Assembly: GCA_965263035.1 (NCBI GenBank)
Contig: OZ253580.1
Location: forward strand, 1,856,001-1,920,000
Direction of reading: 5' to 3'
Origin: Acidobacteriota bacterium
GTDB lineage: Bacteria > Acidobacteriota > UBA6911 > RPQK01 > JAJDTT01
DNA: 64,000 bases
The first letter of the stretch is position 1; the number at the start of each line of letters is the position of its first letter. The position numbers were made by a program, and so were the translations under genes. Below the pieces are notes generated by a model, which saw only the letters and a list, made by a program, of their open reading frames with translations, ran no database searches and had not been told where the DNA came from. Positions 8,500 to 17,666 of this stretch are shown here, in pieces.

Positions 8500-9864
8500 A
8501 CGCCGAAAAATATTCACGAGGTCAGGGATCCGATTCACGTGTTCGTCCGCTTGGACAGCGATGAGCGGAAGGTCCTGGATTCCCGACCGCTTCAAAGGCT
8601 GCGCCATATTCACCAATTGGCCATGAGCTACCTTGTGTATCCGGGAGCGACGCACAAGAGATTCGAACACTCCTTGGGGGTCATGGAACTCGCAGGCCGC
8701 GTTTTTGACGTAGTTACGAGGCCGGAGAATACGACGGATGAGATTCGAAATCTTCTGGAACCCATTTCCGTCCCCGACAAGCTTGCCTACTGGCGGCGGG
8801 TGTTGCGGATGGCCGCTCTCTGCCACGATGTCGGCCACCTCCCGTTCTCGCATTCGACTGAAAGACTGCTGCCGGATGGCTGGAATCACGAACACCTGAC
8901 AAGGGAATTCATCTCCAGCAAGGAAATGGAAAAGATATGGTGCTCCACGACTCCACCGCTCCGAACTGAGGATGTCGTCAAGCTGGCGGTGGGCCCGAAA
9001 AAAGTCGATGACCTGAACTTCAACGACTGGGAAACCATTCTCTCAGAAATCATCGTCGGGGATGCATTCGGCGTGGACCGTATGGACTACCTCCTGCGCG
9101 ATTCGCATCACGCAGGAGTCGCATACGGCAAGTTTGACCATTACCGGTTGATCGATACGCTTCGTATTCTTCCGAAACCACGGTCACAGGAGGAGGAGGG
9201 CTCTCAAGAGCCAGTGCTCGGCGTGGAGGAAGGCGGCATTCAATCGGCCGAAGCTCTCATGCTGGCGCGCTACTTCATGTTCTCCCAGGTTTATTTGCAT
9301 CCTGTCCGTCGAAGCTATGACATACATCTGGAGGACTTTCTGAAGGAACGGCTCCCTGGTGGCTTTTTCTCCACCGACCCGGAAGACCATTTGAAAATTA
9401 CGGACAACGAGATCACCGCCGAGTTACGGGAAGCCGCGGCAGCGAAAGATGCGCGTGGTCATTTGCATGCCCGCCGAATCGTGCGACGGGAGCACTTCAA
9501 GCAACTGTATGAGCGGAATCCTGACGACGTCCAGATCAACCCTGAATCTGGTGACGCAATTTTCGGGCCTTTGTGTGATGAGTTCGGCCAAGAATGCTTC
9601 CGACGGGATCGTTACTACCAGCAGGGCGGTGCACCAGATTTTCCGGTGCTTCTGCGGGACGGTCGTTTGGCGTCTTCTCTTTCCATCTCTGCCGTATTGA
9701 AGACTCTACCGATTCTGTCGGTCGATTTCATATTCGCAGATCGTTCCATCTTTTATGAAGCCGACACCTGGTTAAAAAACAATCGCCAACAGATTATTCG
9801 GCCCTTGGAAGAGGATAAGGAGGAGAGTAATGGACAGAATGGCGAAGGCCGCGTTGATCGCTGA
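8500..9864 (+). CDS. HD-domain dNTP triphosphohydrolase-like protein (SAMHD1/YdhJ/YwfO-like); start uncertain (ACG 8500 vs GTG 8539)
   Basis: HEVRDPIH, LQRLRHIHQL, GATHKRFEHSLG, LCHDVGHLPFSH, DRMDYLLRDS, MFSQVYLHP. Confidence 0.9.
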   Translation, partial: TPKNIHEVRDPIHVFVRLDSDERKVLDSRPLQRLRHIHQLAMSYLVYPGATHKRFEHSLGVMELAGRVFDVVTRPENTTDEIRNLLEPISVPDKLAYWRRVLRMAALCHDVGHLPFSHSTERLLPDGWNHEHLTREFISSKEMEKIWCSTTPPLRTEDVVKLAVGPKKVDDLNFNDWETILSEIIVGDAFGVDRMDYLLRDSHHAGVAYGKFDHYRLIDTLRILPKPRSQEEEGSQEPVLGVEEGGIQSAEALMLARYFMFSQVYLHPVRRSYDIHLEDFLKERLPGGFFSTDPEDHLKITDNEITAELREAAAAKDARGHLHARRIVRREHFKQLYERNPDDVQINPESGDAIFGPLCDEFGQECFRRDRYYQQGGAPDFPVLLRDGRLASSLSISAVLKTLPILSVDFIFADRSIFYEADTWLKNNRQQIIRPLEEDKEESNGQNGEGRVDR

Positions 9865-10372
9865 GTTGATTGAAAGATTGAGGCAAGAGGGAAGCTGGTG
9901 CGGAGAAACCCATGTGCAAAAGGCAGTCTATTTTCTGCAGAACCTCATGGACGTTCCTCTGCAATTCGATTTCATTCTGTACAAGCATGGTCCGTTTTCG
10001 TTCGATCTGAGAGACGAACTCACGGCCTTGCGCGCAGACGGCTTACTGAGACTGGAAACCCGGGGATTGTATGGTGCACGGATAGCCGCCACAGATCAGA
10101 GCATCTACATCCGGGAGTTCTACCCACGAACCTTGTCCAGACACAATAAGGTTATCGATTTCACATCTGGACAGATCGGGAAAAAAGGAGTTGTCGAACT
10201 GGAGCGACTGGCCACGGCCCTGTATGTGACCAGGCAATCCGGTCATCAGGCTTCGATTGATAACAGGGTGAAGACACTGGTCACCCTCAAACCCCACATA
10301 CCGGAAGAGGAGGCTCAGAAAGCCGTCTCGTTCGTGGACCACATGATCGAACTCGCGCACGACATGAGTTGA
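9830..10372 (+). CDS. YwgA/SocA(Panacea)-like winged-helix protein
   Basis: VQKAVYFLQ...FILYKHGPFSFDL...LERLATALY pattern; strong RBS aaggagg; overlaps HD gene by 35 bp. Confidence 0.65.
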   Translation: MDRMAKAALIAELIERLRQEGSWCGETHVQKAVYFLQNLMDVPLQFDFILYKHGPFSFDLRDELTALRADGLLRLETRGLYGARIAATDQSIYIREFYPRTLSRHNKVIDFTSGQIGKKGVVELERLATALYVTRQSGHQASIDNRVKTLVTLKPHIPEEEAQKAVSFVDHMIELAHDMS

Positions 10373-10443
10373 AGCCTGTACGGGCGATGTCGAGTCGCGA
10401 CGCGAAGCTCGGAAACCATCGGGAGGGACGCTACGCGGGACTT

Positions 10444-10531
10444 CGGAGGGGGAACTTCCAGTCCCCCTTGTGCCCCCCGGATCGGCGACTGGAAAGTCGC
10501 CGATCCGGGGGGCTGGAATGCCGCCGCTCCG
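10444..10531. repeat. REP-like units and 18-bp perfect hairpin between convergent genes (possible terminator)
   Basis: ccccccggatcggcgact-ggaa-agtcgccgatccgggggg 10473-10512; same GGCGAC-N6-GTCGCC/GCCGCTCC family as 747-2504. Confidence 0.7.
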
Positions 10532-10537
10532 CTCTCA

Positions 10538-11980
10538 TCAGAAGTTGTAGCCCATGGCGAGGTTGAACTGGTCGAGGCCGGTCTTGGCGCGGTTCCGGTT
10601 CCACTGATAGTCGGCTTTGACTACGATATTGGAAATCGGCTTGAGCTCCAGGCCCAAGGTGTGGAACGACCGGTCCCGTGCAGGATTACGAAGGTATCCG
10701 GCAGGCACCTGAGCCTGGGTGTCGAGAGTCTCGGCCCGATAGTAGGGCATCAGCCTCACGTCTTCCCGTACCCGGGAAAGCAGGTTGTAACCGAATTGAA
10801 GATAACCTCCCTGCTGAGTCTCACCCACCGAATCCATCCCGGTGTATCCGAGAGCCTGATTCAGTTCGGCCACGTCGTCCAGGGAGGCTCGGGCATAGAG
10901 ACCTCTCAGGTCGAAGCCCTCCATCCGGATCTGAGCGTGAAGCTCCCCGATCCTGGTCCCCAGGTCCAAATCTTGTCCGTCGAACGTCAGCCCCTGACCC
11001 GAGCCCCCGTTGTAGATGGACCCACCGAAGAAGACTCCCGGAGTCGGATTCAGATCGACCCGCGCCACTACGGCCATGTGGGAGGCCTTCGCCTTGTACC
11101 CCTTTTGCCGGCCGCCCCGCAGGCCATTGGAGCTGAACTTCGAACCCAGCAGACCATTCACCACGTAGACGCGGTAGTCGACCATCCCCGCGGACCCGAC
11201 GAAGCCGAACCCGTTCTCCCGCCAGGTGCTGGGCAGGATCCGGCGTTCGGTCTCCGGCCGATTGGCTCCCACGAAGACCGTGGGTTCATGAAGCTCGTTG
11301 ACCAGACCCATGGGCAGCAGGAGCAATCCTCCCCGGAGGGTCAGGTGATCGTTGACCAAGAAGTCCAGGTAGGCAAACTCGACCGACGTGGATCCTCCGA
11401 GGCTGGTGGATCCATGCTCGATCTCGATCTCCGAGTTGAAGACGAAGCGATCGTTGAACCGATAGCCGGCGTAGAGGATGGCCCGGAGAAAATCGAGTTC
11501 AGAGGTCTTGGAGACGGTGTCTCCAGACTCGTTATGAACACTGAAATTATTGTAGAGCATCTCACCGTAGCCGGCGATGGAGACACCCTGTTGCTTCCGA
11601 TAAATAGTGGCTGCCGCAGGACCGAGTCCTTTGCTGCGAGCCTGATCATCCGTGATCTCGATCTCCGGCTCGCCGCTGCGTAAACGTTCCACTTCGATGG
11701 CGAGAATGTCGACCTGACGCCGGACTTCCGCCAGTTCCTCGTCTGAAGATGCCTGTTTCTCAGATTTGGGGACCGCCTCCGGCTGTGGAGTCCTCTCCTT
11801 CTCGAGTTTCTCCAACCTCCGCTTCAACTCTTCGATCTGGGCCTTCAGATCTTGCTTGCCGGTGCCCATTACCGGCGGCAAGAGGGCGGCCAGCAACAGG
11901 CCAGCCACAAAATACTTCCACCATCGGTTACGCATTCTTGATCTTGTCTTCCCGTACATGCGAATCTCCCTGTGTTCCAT
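10538..11980 (-). CDS. Outer-membrane porin-like protein (OprO/OprP-like fold, probably metal-regulated)
   Basis: Signal peptide, coiled coil, GYGEMLYN, RAILYAGYRF, NSEIEIEH, HEPT, C-terminal GYNF. Confidence 0.7.
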   Translation of the reverse strand: MEHREIRMYGKTRSRMRNRWWKYFVAGLLLAALLPPVMGTGKQDLKAQIEELKRRLEKLEKERTPQPEAVPKSEKQASSDEELAEVRRQVDILAIEVERLRSGEPEIEITDDQARSKGLGPAAATIYRKQQGVSIAGYGEMLYNNFSVHNESGDTVSKTSELDFLRAILYAGYRFNDRFVFNSEIEIEHGSTSLGGSTSVEFAYLDFLVNDHLTLRGGLLLLPMGLVNELHEPTVFVGANRPETERRILPSTWRENGFGFVGSAGMVDYRVYVVNGLLGSKFSSNGLRGGRQKGYKAKASHMAVVARVDLNPTPGVFFGGSIYNGGSGQGLTFDGQDLDLGTRIGELHAQIRMEGFDLRGLYARASLDDVAELNQALGYTGMDSVGETQQGGYLQFGYNLLSRVREDVRLMPYYRAETLDTQAQVPAGYLRNPARDRSFHTLGLELKPISNIVVKADYQWNRNRAKTGLDQFNLAMGYNF

Positions 11981-12169
11981 AGGTGGAACTCAACCCCGTC
12001 CAGTTGTCACCGTTGATGGAGGAAAGCTATAGTGAGGATTGGTCTTTGCTCAAAGGCCGAAAAATCGAATCGGGGTGCGCCGATGCCACCGGTGTACCCC
12101 ACCCCCTCAATTCATTCCCCCGGATGCTTCAACATTCAACGCCTCATGCCCGCGTGCCGCGAGCATCTT

Positions 12170-12188
12170 ATTGAAATTGGATTTCAAC
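12170..12188. promoter_or_regulatory. AT-rich palindrome, candidate Fur-type operator
   Basis: TTGAAAT-tgg-ATTTCAA in the divergent intergenic region upstream of the porin. Confidence 0.5.
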
Positions 12189-12228
12189 TTCAACCCATGT
12201 CTCCATTTTTTCTTGGAAAGGTCGAACC

Positions 12229-13872
12229 ATGAACAAGCTGCTTGTGATCGCACTGCTGTTGAGCACCGCCGCGGAAGCCGAGGCCGGGGAGAAGGCCAAG
12301 ACCTCCCCCTTCACCGAACCCCAGAAACGGGCCAAGCGGATCCGCGCCAACAACGGGGCTTGGAATCCCATCGTCGACGTCACCGACGTATTTCCTGGAA
12401 ATCGGGCGTTGGATCGCCAGGGTGTCTTCAAGCTGTTCGACGCCGCCATCGGAGTCCAGCTTCGTGTCGAGCAGGCGGAGAGATCCGCACCCCTGCTGGA
12501 GGCGACGGCGGAGTGGGAGCAGGGGAAGTTCATCGGCCCCCTGTTCATCTGGAGAGCCGGCGGACTGCTCCACATGATCTACGAATGCTCAAGGGCGGAG
12601 GCCACGGCCTACGCCACCAGCACCGACGGTTACCATTGGACACGTCCGGAACTGGGCCAGGTCGAATTCGACGGGTCGTCGGCCAACAACCTCCTGCGAA
12701 ACGGCATCCGGGGTGCCACGGGTGTCTTCATCGACCCCCAGGCGCCGGCGGCGGAACGCTTCAAGGCCATGGGCGGCGACATGGCCTGGTACGACCCGGA
12801 GACCCTGCAGCCCCTTGACGGCGAGGAGGCCATGCGACGCTGGAACCGCCTAGTCTATGAGAAGGACACGTACAAGGGGCCTCGAGCGGAGATCTGGGGG
12901 CGCACCCTGGGCTGGATCTCGGCGGACGGCCGGGACTGGAAACCGCTGGAGAAGGCCCTGGGCAACCGTCCCGTCAACGGCGGCATCTCCGCCCACTACG
13001 ACGAGGCCAACGGCGAGTACATCGCCTACCAGCAGATCATGGGCAACACCGCCGAGCTGATTCCGGGGATCGGCACCGCCCGGATCGAGGAGGAGACGCA
13101 GCGCCGCACCATCGGGTTCTCGCGGACCAAGGACTTCCGGACCTGGCCGGCTCCCAAGCTGATCCTGGCTCCCGACGCCCAGGATGACCTGGACATCTCC
13201 TTTTATGGCGCCAACTACTTCCCCTATCCAGGGCGTACCGACCTTCACGTCATGGTCATCCCCGTCTACCACCAGCGGAACGACCACGTGGACACCCAGA
13301 TCGCCTTCAGCCGCGACGGCCTCTTCTGGACCCGGCCCGAGCGGCGGGCCATCCACCCTGTAGGCCCCCCCGGCAGCGGGGAAGATTGCCAGGTGCACAC
13401 TTGGCGCAACGGCATGCTGGAGCTTCCCGACGGCCACTGGGCGGTGCCCTACACGGGAATGTCCAGCCTCCACAACGTCTACGGGCAGGACCATCTCTTT
13501 CCCCAGGGACGGCCCATTCAGATCCGCTACGCGTTGTGGAAACCGAACCGCTTCTGCGGGATCGAGGCGGAGAGCGAAGGCCGGTTCACGATTCCCTCGA
13601 TCTACCGGCACGGGAACGAGCTGCGTCTGAACTACCGGTGCGCTCCGGGGGGCTGGATCAGCGTGGAGTTGCTGACCAAGAGCCCGTCCATGAATCAGGC
13701 CGATCTGCCGCCCATCGAGGGCTTCACCTTTGCCGACTGCGACCGCCTGACGGGCGACGAGTCCGATCGAGTCGTGACCTGGAAGGGTAAGCGCGATCTC
13801 TCCGGAATCGGAGAGACGGTGGCGATTCGCATCCGGATGTACCAGGCCAAGGTCTTCGCCTACAAGTTCTAA
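12229..13872 (+). CDS. Secreted beta-propeller glycoside-hydrolase-like protein
   Basis: Signal peptide; STDGYHWTRP, SRDGLFWTR repeats; C-terminal AKVFAYKF; paralog of 4012 and 28145 genes. Confidence 0.7.
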   Translation: MNKLLVIALLLSTAAEAEAGEKAKTSPFTEPQKRAKRIRANNGAWNPIVDVTDVFPGNRALDRQGVFKLFDAAIGVQLRVEQAERSAPLLEATAEWEQGKFIGPLFIWRAGGLLHMIYECSRAEATAYATSTDGYHWTRPELGQVEFDGSSANNLLRNGIRGATGVFIDPQAPAAERFKAMGGDMAWYDPETLQPLDGEEAMRRWNRLVYEKDTYKGPRAEIWGRTLGWISADGRDWKPLEKALGNRPVNGGISAHYDEANGEYIAYQQIMGNTAELIPGIGTARIEEETQRRTIGFSRTKDFRTWPAPKLILAPDAQDDLDISFYGANYFPYPGRTDLHVMVIPVYHQRNDHVDTQIAFSRDGLFWTRPERRAIHPVGPPGSGEDCQVHTWRNGMLELPDGHWAVPYTGMSSLHNVYGQDHLFPQGRPIQIRYALWKPNRFCGIEAESEGRFTIPSIYRHGNELRLNYRCAPGGWISVELLTKSPSMNQADLPPIEGFTFADCDRLTGDESDRVVTWKGKRDLSGIGETVAIRIRMYQAKVFAYKF

Positions 13873-13957
13873 TGCGATCCCGTTCGGCTGGACATGGGAA
13901 AAAAACAGCGTCTATGATGCATAGGTAGTCGTTCCAACTTTTGCGGAGTCAAAGATC

Positions 13958-15268
13958 ATGAAAACCCTGCTCTCCCTGGTCCTGCTCTTTTCGGCCGCGG
14001 CGCCCCTTCAAGCGGGCAATTGGCCCCAATTCCGGGGCCCCAGTTTCAACGGGTCGACCCCCGAAAAGGGTTTGCCGACCCAATGGTCGCCAACCGAGAA
14101 CATCGCGTGGAGCGCGACCTTGCCCGGACCCAGTGCGGCTACGCCCGCCGTCTGGAAGGATCACGTCTTCGTTTCCAGCACGGACACGAAGTCCAATACG
14201 CTGAAGGCCCTCTGCTTTGACCGGGCCAGCGGCAAGCTGCTCTGGCAAAGGGACTTCGCCACCGGGATCAACAGGGACAGCCGGAGCGACTTCGCCTCGC
14301 CCTCTCCCGCCACCGACGGCAAGCTGGTCGTCTTCTTCTATGGCAATGGGGAGATGGCGGCGTTCGACTTTTCGGGGCATCAGCTCTGGCGGCGCCAGAT
14401 CGAGAAAGACTACGGCGAATTCGCCTTCTTCTGGACCTTCTCGTCCAGTCCGCTCCTCTTCGACGGCAAGCTCTACCTCCAGGTGCTGCAGCGGGACGTC
14501 CCCATCGAGGGACGCGGTTTGAAGGACCGCAAGAACCGGTCGTACATCCTGGCCATGAAACCCGAAACCGGCGAGACCCTGTGGCGCAGCTTCCGCCCCA
14601 GCCAGGCGGTGGCCGAGTCTCGCGAGGCCTTCACCTCCCCCGTCCCCTTTGTCCACAACGGGCGCCGCGAATTGTTGGTGGTTGGCGGCGACGACCTGAG
14701 CGGCCACGACCTGGAGACCGGCAAGGAACTTTGGCGGTGGGGGACCTGGAATCCCACGCGCATCCGGCACTGGCGCCTGGTCCCCTCCCCCGTGGCCAAC
14801 CAGGACGTGATCCTGGCCTGCGCCCCCAAGCGGGATCCCATCTACGCCATCAAGACGGGCGGAGTCGGAACGCTGGACGACAGCTCCATCGCCTGGGTCA
14901 GCAAGGACGTCCGGCCGGTGACCTCCGACGTACCCACACCCGCGTACTACGACGGAGACTTCTTCGTCCTGAGCGACGTGCGGAAGTCCCTCTCTCGAGT
15001 CGAGCCCAAGACGGGCAAGGTGAAATGGACGATTCCGACGCCGGGCCGCAGCAAATACGAGGCCTCGCCCCTGGCCGGTGACGGCAAGATCTACCTGATC
15101 AATTTCGACGGAGACGTGGTGATTGTGGACGCGGCAGGAGGAGAGGTCCTCAACCAGATCGCCATGGGCGACGCCGAGGACGCCCCGGTCCGCTCGACCG
15201 TGGTGGCAGCCCAGGGTCACCTATTCGTCCGGACCAACCGGACCCTGTTCTGCGTCGGCCAGAACTGA
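13958..15268 (+). CDS. PQQ-binding-like beta-propeller protein (BamB-like)
   Basis: NWPQFRGP N-terminus, repeated GKLLW/ASP motifs. Confidence 0.85.
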   Translation: MKTLLSLVLLFSAAAPLQAGNWPQFRGPSFNGSTPEKGLPTQWSPTENIAWSATLPGPSAATPAVWKDHVFVSSTDTKSNTLKALCFDRASGKLLWQRDFATGINRDSRSDFASPSPATDGKLVVFFYGNGEMAAFDFSGHQLWRRQIEKDYGEFAFFWTFSSSPLLFDGKLYLQVLQRDVPIEGRGLKDRKNRSYILAMKPETGETLWRSFRPSQAVAESREAFTSPVPFVHNGRRELLVVGGDDLSGHDLETGKELWRWGTWNPTRIRHWRLVPSPVANQDVILACAPKRDPIYAIKTGGVGTLDDSSIAWVSKDVRPVTSDVPTPAYYDGDFFVLSDVRKSLSRVEPKTGKVKWTIPTPGRSKYEASPLAGDGKIYLINFDGDVVIVDAAGGEVLNQIAMGDAEDAPVRSTVVAAQGHLFVRTNRTLFCVGQN

Positions 15269-15280
15269 CCCGGCAGCGCG

Positions 15281-16378
15281 CTACGCGAGTTTGCCCCGGC
15301 CAACCAGCGGCCAGACCGTCTCCACGCGGCCGTCCCGGATCCCGTACAGGACGTCGTGCAGAAAGACCGTCGAGTCCGAGTATCCGGGAATGATCTCGAT
15401 CTTGTCCCCCACCCGGGGCGATTCGCTGGGCTCGGCCAACCGGATGATTCCGTGCTCGGCCGACATCACGAACTCCCGGGCCGCGATCCCTCCCAGGACT
15501 TTGGGGGCGGAGGAGGCTCGGCTCATGGTCTTGAATCCGGCGTCGCAGATGATGCGGGTGGGATGGGGGCGGCTGGTCACGGTGGACAGGATGGTCAGTG
15601 CGAACTCGTGCTCCACGCCGTAGTCGTGACGGTATGTGATGTCGCAGTAGACGCCGCCTCCCGCCTCGATCTCCGTGATTCCGGGAACGAAAGCGCTGAT
15701 CCAGTAGGTCCCGGTGCCGCCGCAACTGACGATTTCAACCGGAATCCCCGCGTTCCGGATGGCTTGGGCGGTGTCCGTCAGCTTCCCCAGGGCCTCCTCG
15801 ACCAGGAGCTTCCTCTTTCCCAGGTCCGACTCGCCCAGCACCTGGGCCTCCCAGGTCTGCAATCCGGCGAAGCGCACGTGCCGCAGTTGGGCGATCCGGC
15901 GGGCCAGGTCCACGGTGGGTTCTCCCGGCAAGACTCCGGCGCGCTGCATTCCCACGTCCACCTCGATCAGGATCCGGGGACGGACGCCCTTCACACCCGC
16001 GGCGCGGTCGATGGCCTGGGCGTTCTCGAATTGGTCCACACAGACCATCACGTCGGCCCGGCGGCAGACGTTGACCAGACGGTCGATCTTCGCCGGACCC
16101 ACGATCTGGTTGGCCACGAGGATGTCGTGGATGCCGGCGGCGGCCATGACCTCCGCCTCCCCCAGCTTGGCGCAGGTGATTCCGTGGGCTCCCGCTTCCA
16201 GGCACAGATTCGCCAGGGCCGGCGTCTTCATCGCCTTGGTGTGGGGGCGCCATCCCACCTTGGCGTCGCGAACGATAGTGGCCGCCATGCGGTCGATGTT
16301 GCGCTGAAGGATATCCAGATCCACCATCAGTGCCGGCGTATCCAGCGCCTCCCTGGGTTGTCCCACCAAACTGTTCAC
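15281..16378 (-). CDS. DSD1-family PLP enzyme (D-threonine aldolase/D-serine dehydratase-like)
   Basis: LDTPAL, RPHTK, CAKLGEAE, GGTGT, DAGFK, SAEHG. Confidence 0.9.
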   Translation of the reverse strand: MNSLVGQPREALDTPALMVDLDILQRNIDRMAATIVRDAKVGWRPHTKAMKTPALANLCLEAGAHGITCAKLGEAEVMAAAGIHDILVANQIVGPAKIDRLVNVCRRADVMVCVDQFENAQAIDRAAGVKGVRPRILIEVDVGMQRAGVLPGEPTVDLARRIAQLRHVRFAGLQTWEAQVLGESDLGKRKLLVEEALGKLTDTAQAIRNAGIPVEIVSCGGTGTYWISAFVPGITEIEAGGGVYCDITYRHDYGVEHEFALTILSTVTSRPHPTRIICDAGFKTMSRASSAPKVLGGIAAREFVMSAEHGIIRLAEPSESPRVGDKIEIIPGYSDSTVFLHDVLYGIRDGRVETVWPLVGRGKLA

Positions 16379-16560
16379 GGAGCCTTCCTCCCGCCTGATT
16401 TCCGCTTGGCCATCCGGCGCGGCAACACCAATGGCATCGATTCCATCCAGTTTACTACGGTACTGTCCTGCGGCGGGTAATCGGACAACGTCCAGAGCGC
16501 ACCTTCTCCTGCCGGTGTCCCGATGGACAGTCTCCCGGCCGGAGAAGTAGAATTCCGGCT

Positions 16561-17640
16561 ATGTCTCGTCTGACTTCCATCGTCGCGATTGTACTCGCCC
16601 TCGGGACCACGCTCCCAGGCCAATCCCAGACCCGGCGCTACCTTTACATGAGTACGCCGGACGGAGCTCAGGTGGAGGGCCGATCCGGCACCGGAATCCT
16701 CATTTTCGACATCGACACCGGCCACAAGTTCGTCCGGAGGATCCACCTTCCCATCTTCCAGGAAGGCCTGCGCGGCTTCACCGGGAGCCTGATCAATCAC
16801 GCCGTCTACTACTCCACGACCAACCACCGTCTGGGAGCCTTCGATCTGGAAACGGAGAAGATCCTCTGGGAGAACACCTTCGCGCCGGGATGCTGCGACC
16901 GCTCTTCCATCACCATGGACGGCAAGAAGATCTACGCACCCACCGGATTCTGGCACACGGAGGAAGACGCCGGATTCGTCGTGATCGATGCCCGGAACGG
17001 AGAATTCATCAAGCGGATTCCCGTAGGCCCGAACGCCCACAACAGCATCGTGAGCCTGGACGGACGGCACGTCTTCCTGGGAACCCGGACCATGCTGACC
17101 ATGTTCGACACCCGGGACGACAGCATCGTCCGCCAGATCCCGAACGTGGGCGAGTACATGATCTTTCCGTACACCGTCACGCGAGACCACAGCCTGGCCT
17201 TCGTCTGCCTGGGGAAGCACGTGGGGTTCGACGTGGTCGATCTGAAACAGGGCAAACTCCTGCACCGGGTCTTCGCCGGCGAGGAGAAAATTCGCCATCG
17301 GACCCATGGCGCCGGCCTGACCCCCAACCAGAAGGAACTGTGGATCAGCGACCAGTCGGGCCGAAAGCTCTTCTACTTCGACGCCACCCGGATGCCGCCC
17401 CGGGAGATGGGACACGTGAATCTTTCCATCGGAGGCCACGGCTGGGTCACCTTCAGCCTGGACGGCAAGTACGTCTACTCCCACGCGCCCGACATCTTCG
17501 ACGCCAGGACCAAGAAGCGTGTCGGCATCTTCCGGGATGAAGACGGCCGCCCCTTTGCCAGCTCCAAGTTCATCGAGGTGCATTTCCGGGACGGCAAGGT
17601 CGTCACCATGGGGAACGAGTTCGGACTCGGCCGTCATTGA
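16561..17640 (+). CDS. Secreted YncE-like beta-propeller protein
   Basis: Signal peptide; DGKKIY, SLDGRHVF, HGAGLTP repeats. Confidence 0.75.
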   Translation: MSRLTSIVAIVLALGTTLPGQSQTRRYLYMSTPDGAQVEGRSGTGILIFDIDTGHKFVRRIHLPIFQEGLRGFTGSLINHAVYYSTTNHRLGAFDLETEKILWENTFAPGCCDRSSITMDGKKIYAPTGFWHTEEDAGFVVIDARNGEFIKRIPVGPNAHNSIVSLDGRHVFLGTRTMLTMFDTRDDSIVRQIPNVGEYMIFPYTVTRDHSLAFVCLGKHVGFDVVDLKQGKLLHRVFAGEEKIRHRTHGAGLTPNQKELWISDQSGRKLFYFDATRMPPREMGHVNLSIGGHGWVTFSLDGKYVYSHAPDIFDARTKKRVGIFRDEDGRPFASSKFIEVHFRDGKVVTMGNEFGLGRH

Positions 17641-17666
17641 TCCGTATTTCTCACCGGAGGTCCATC

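Noticed and set aside
7600-10540. Intact integrative element at tRNA-Arg
   Set aside because: No integrase and no duplicated tRNA 3' end found
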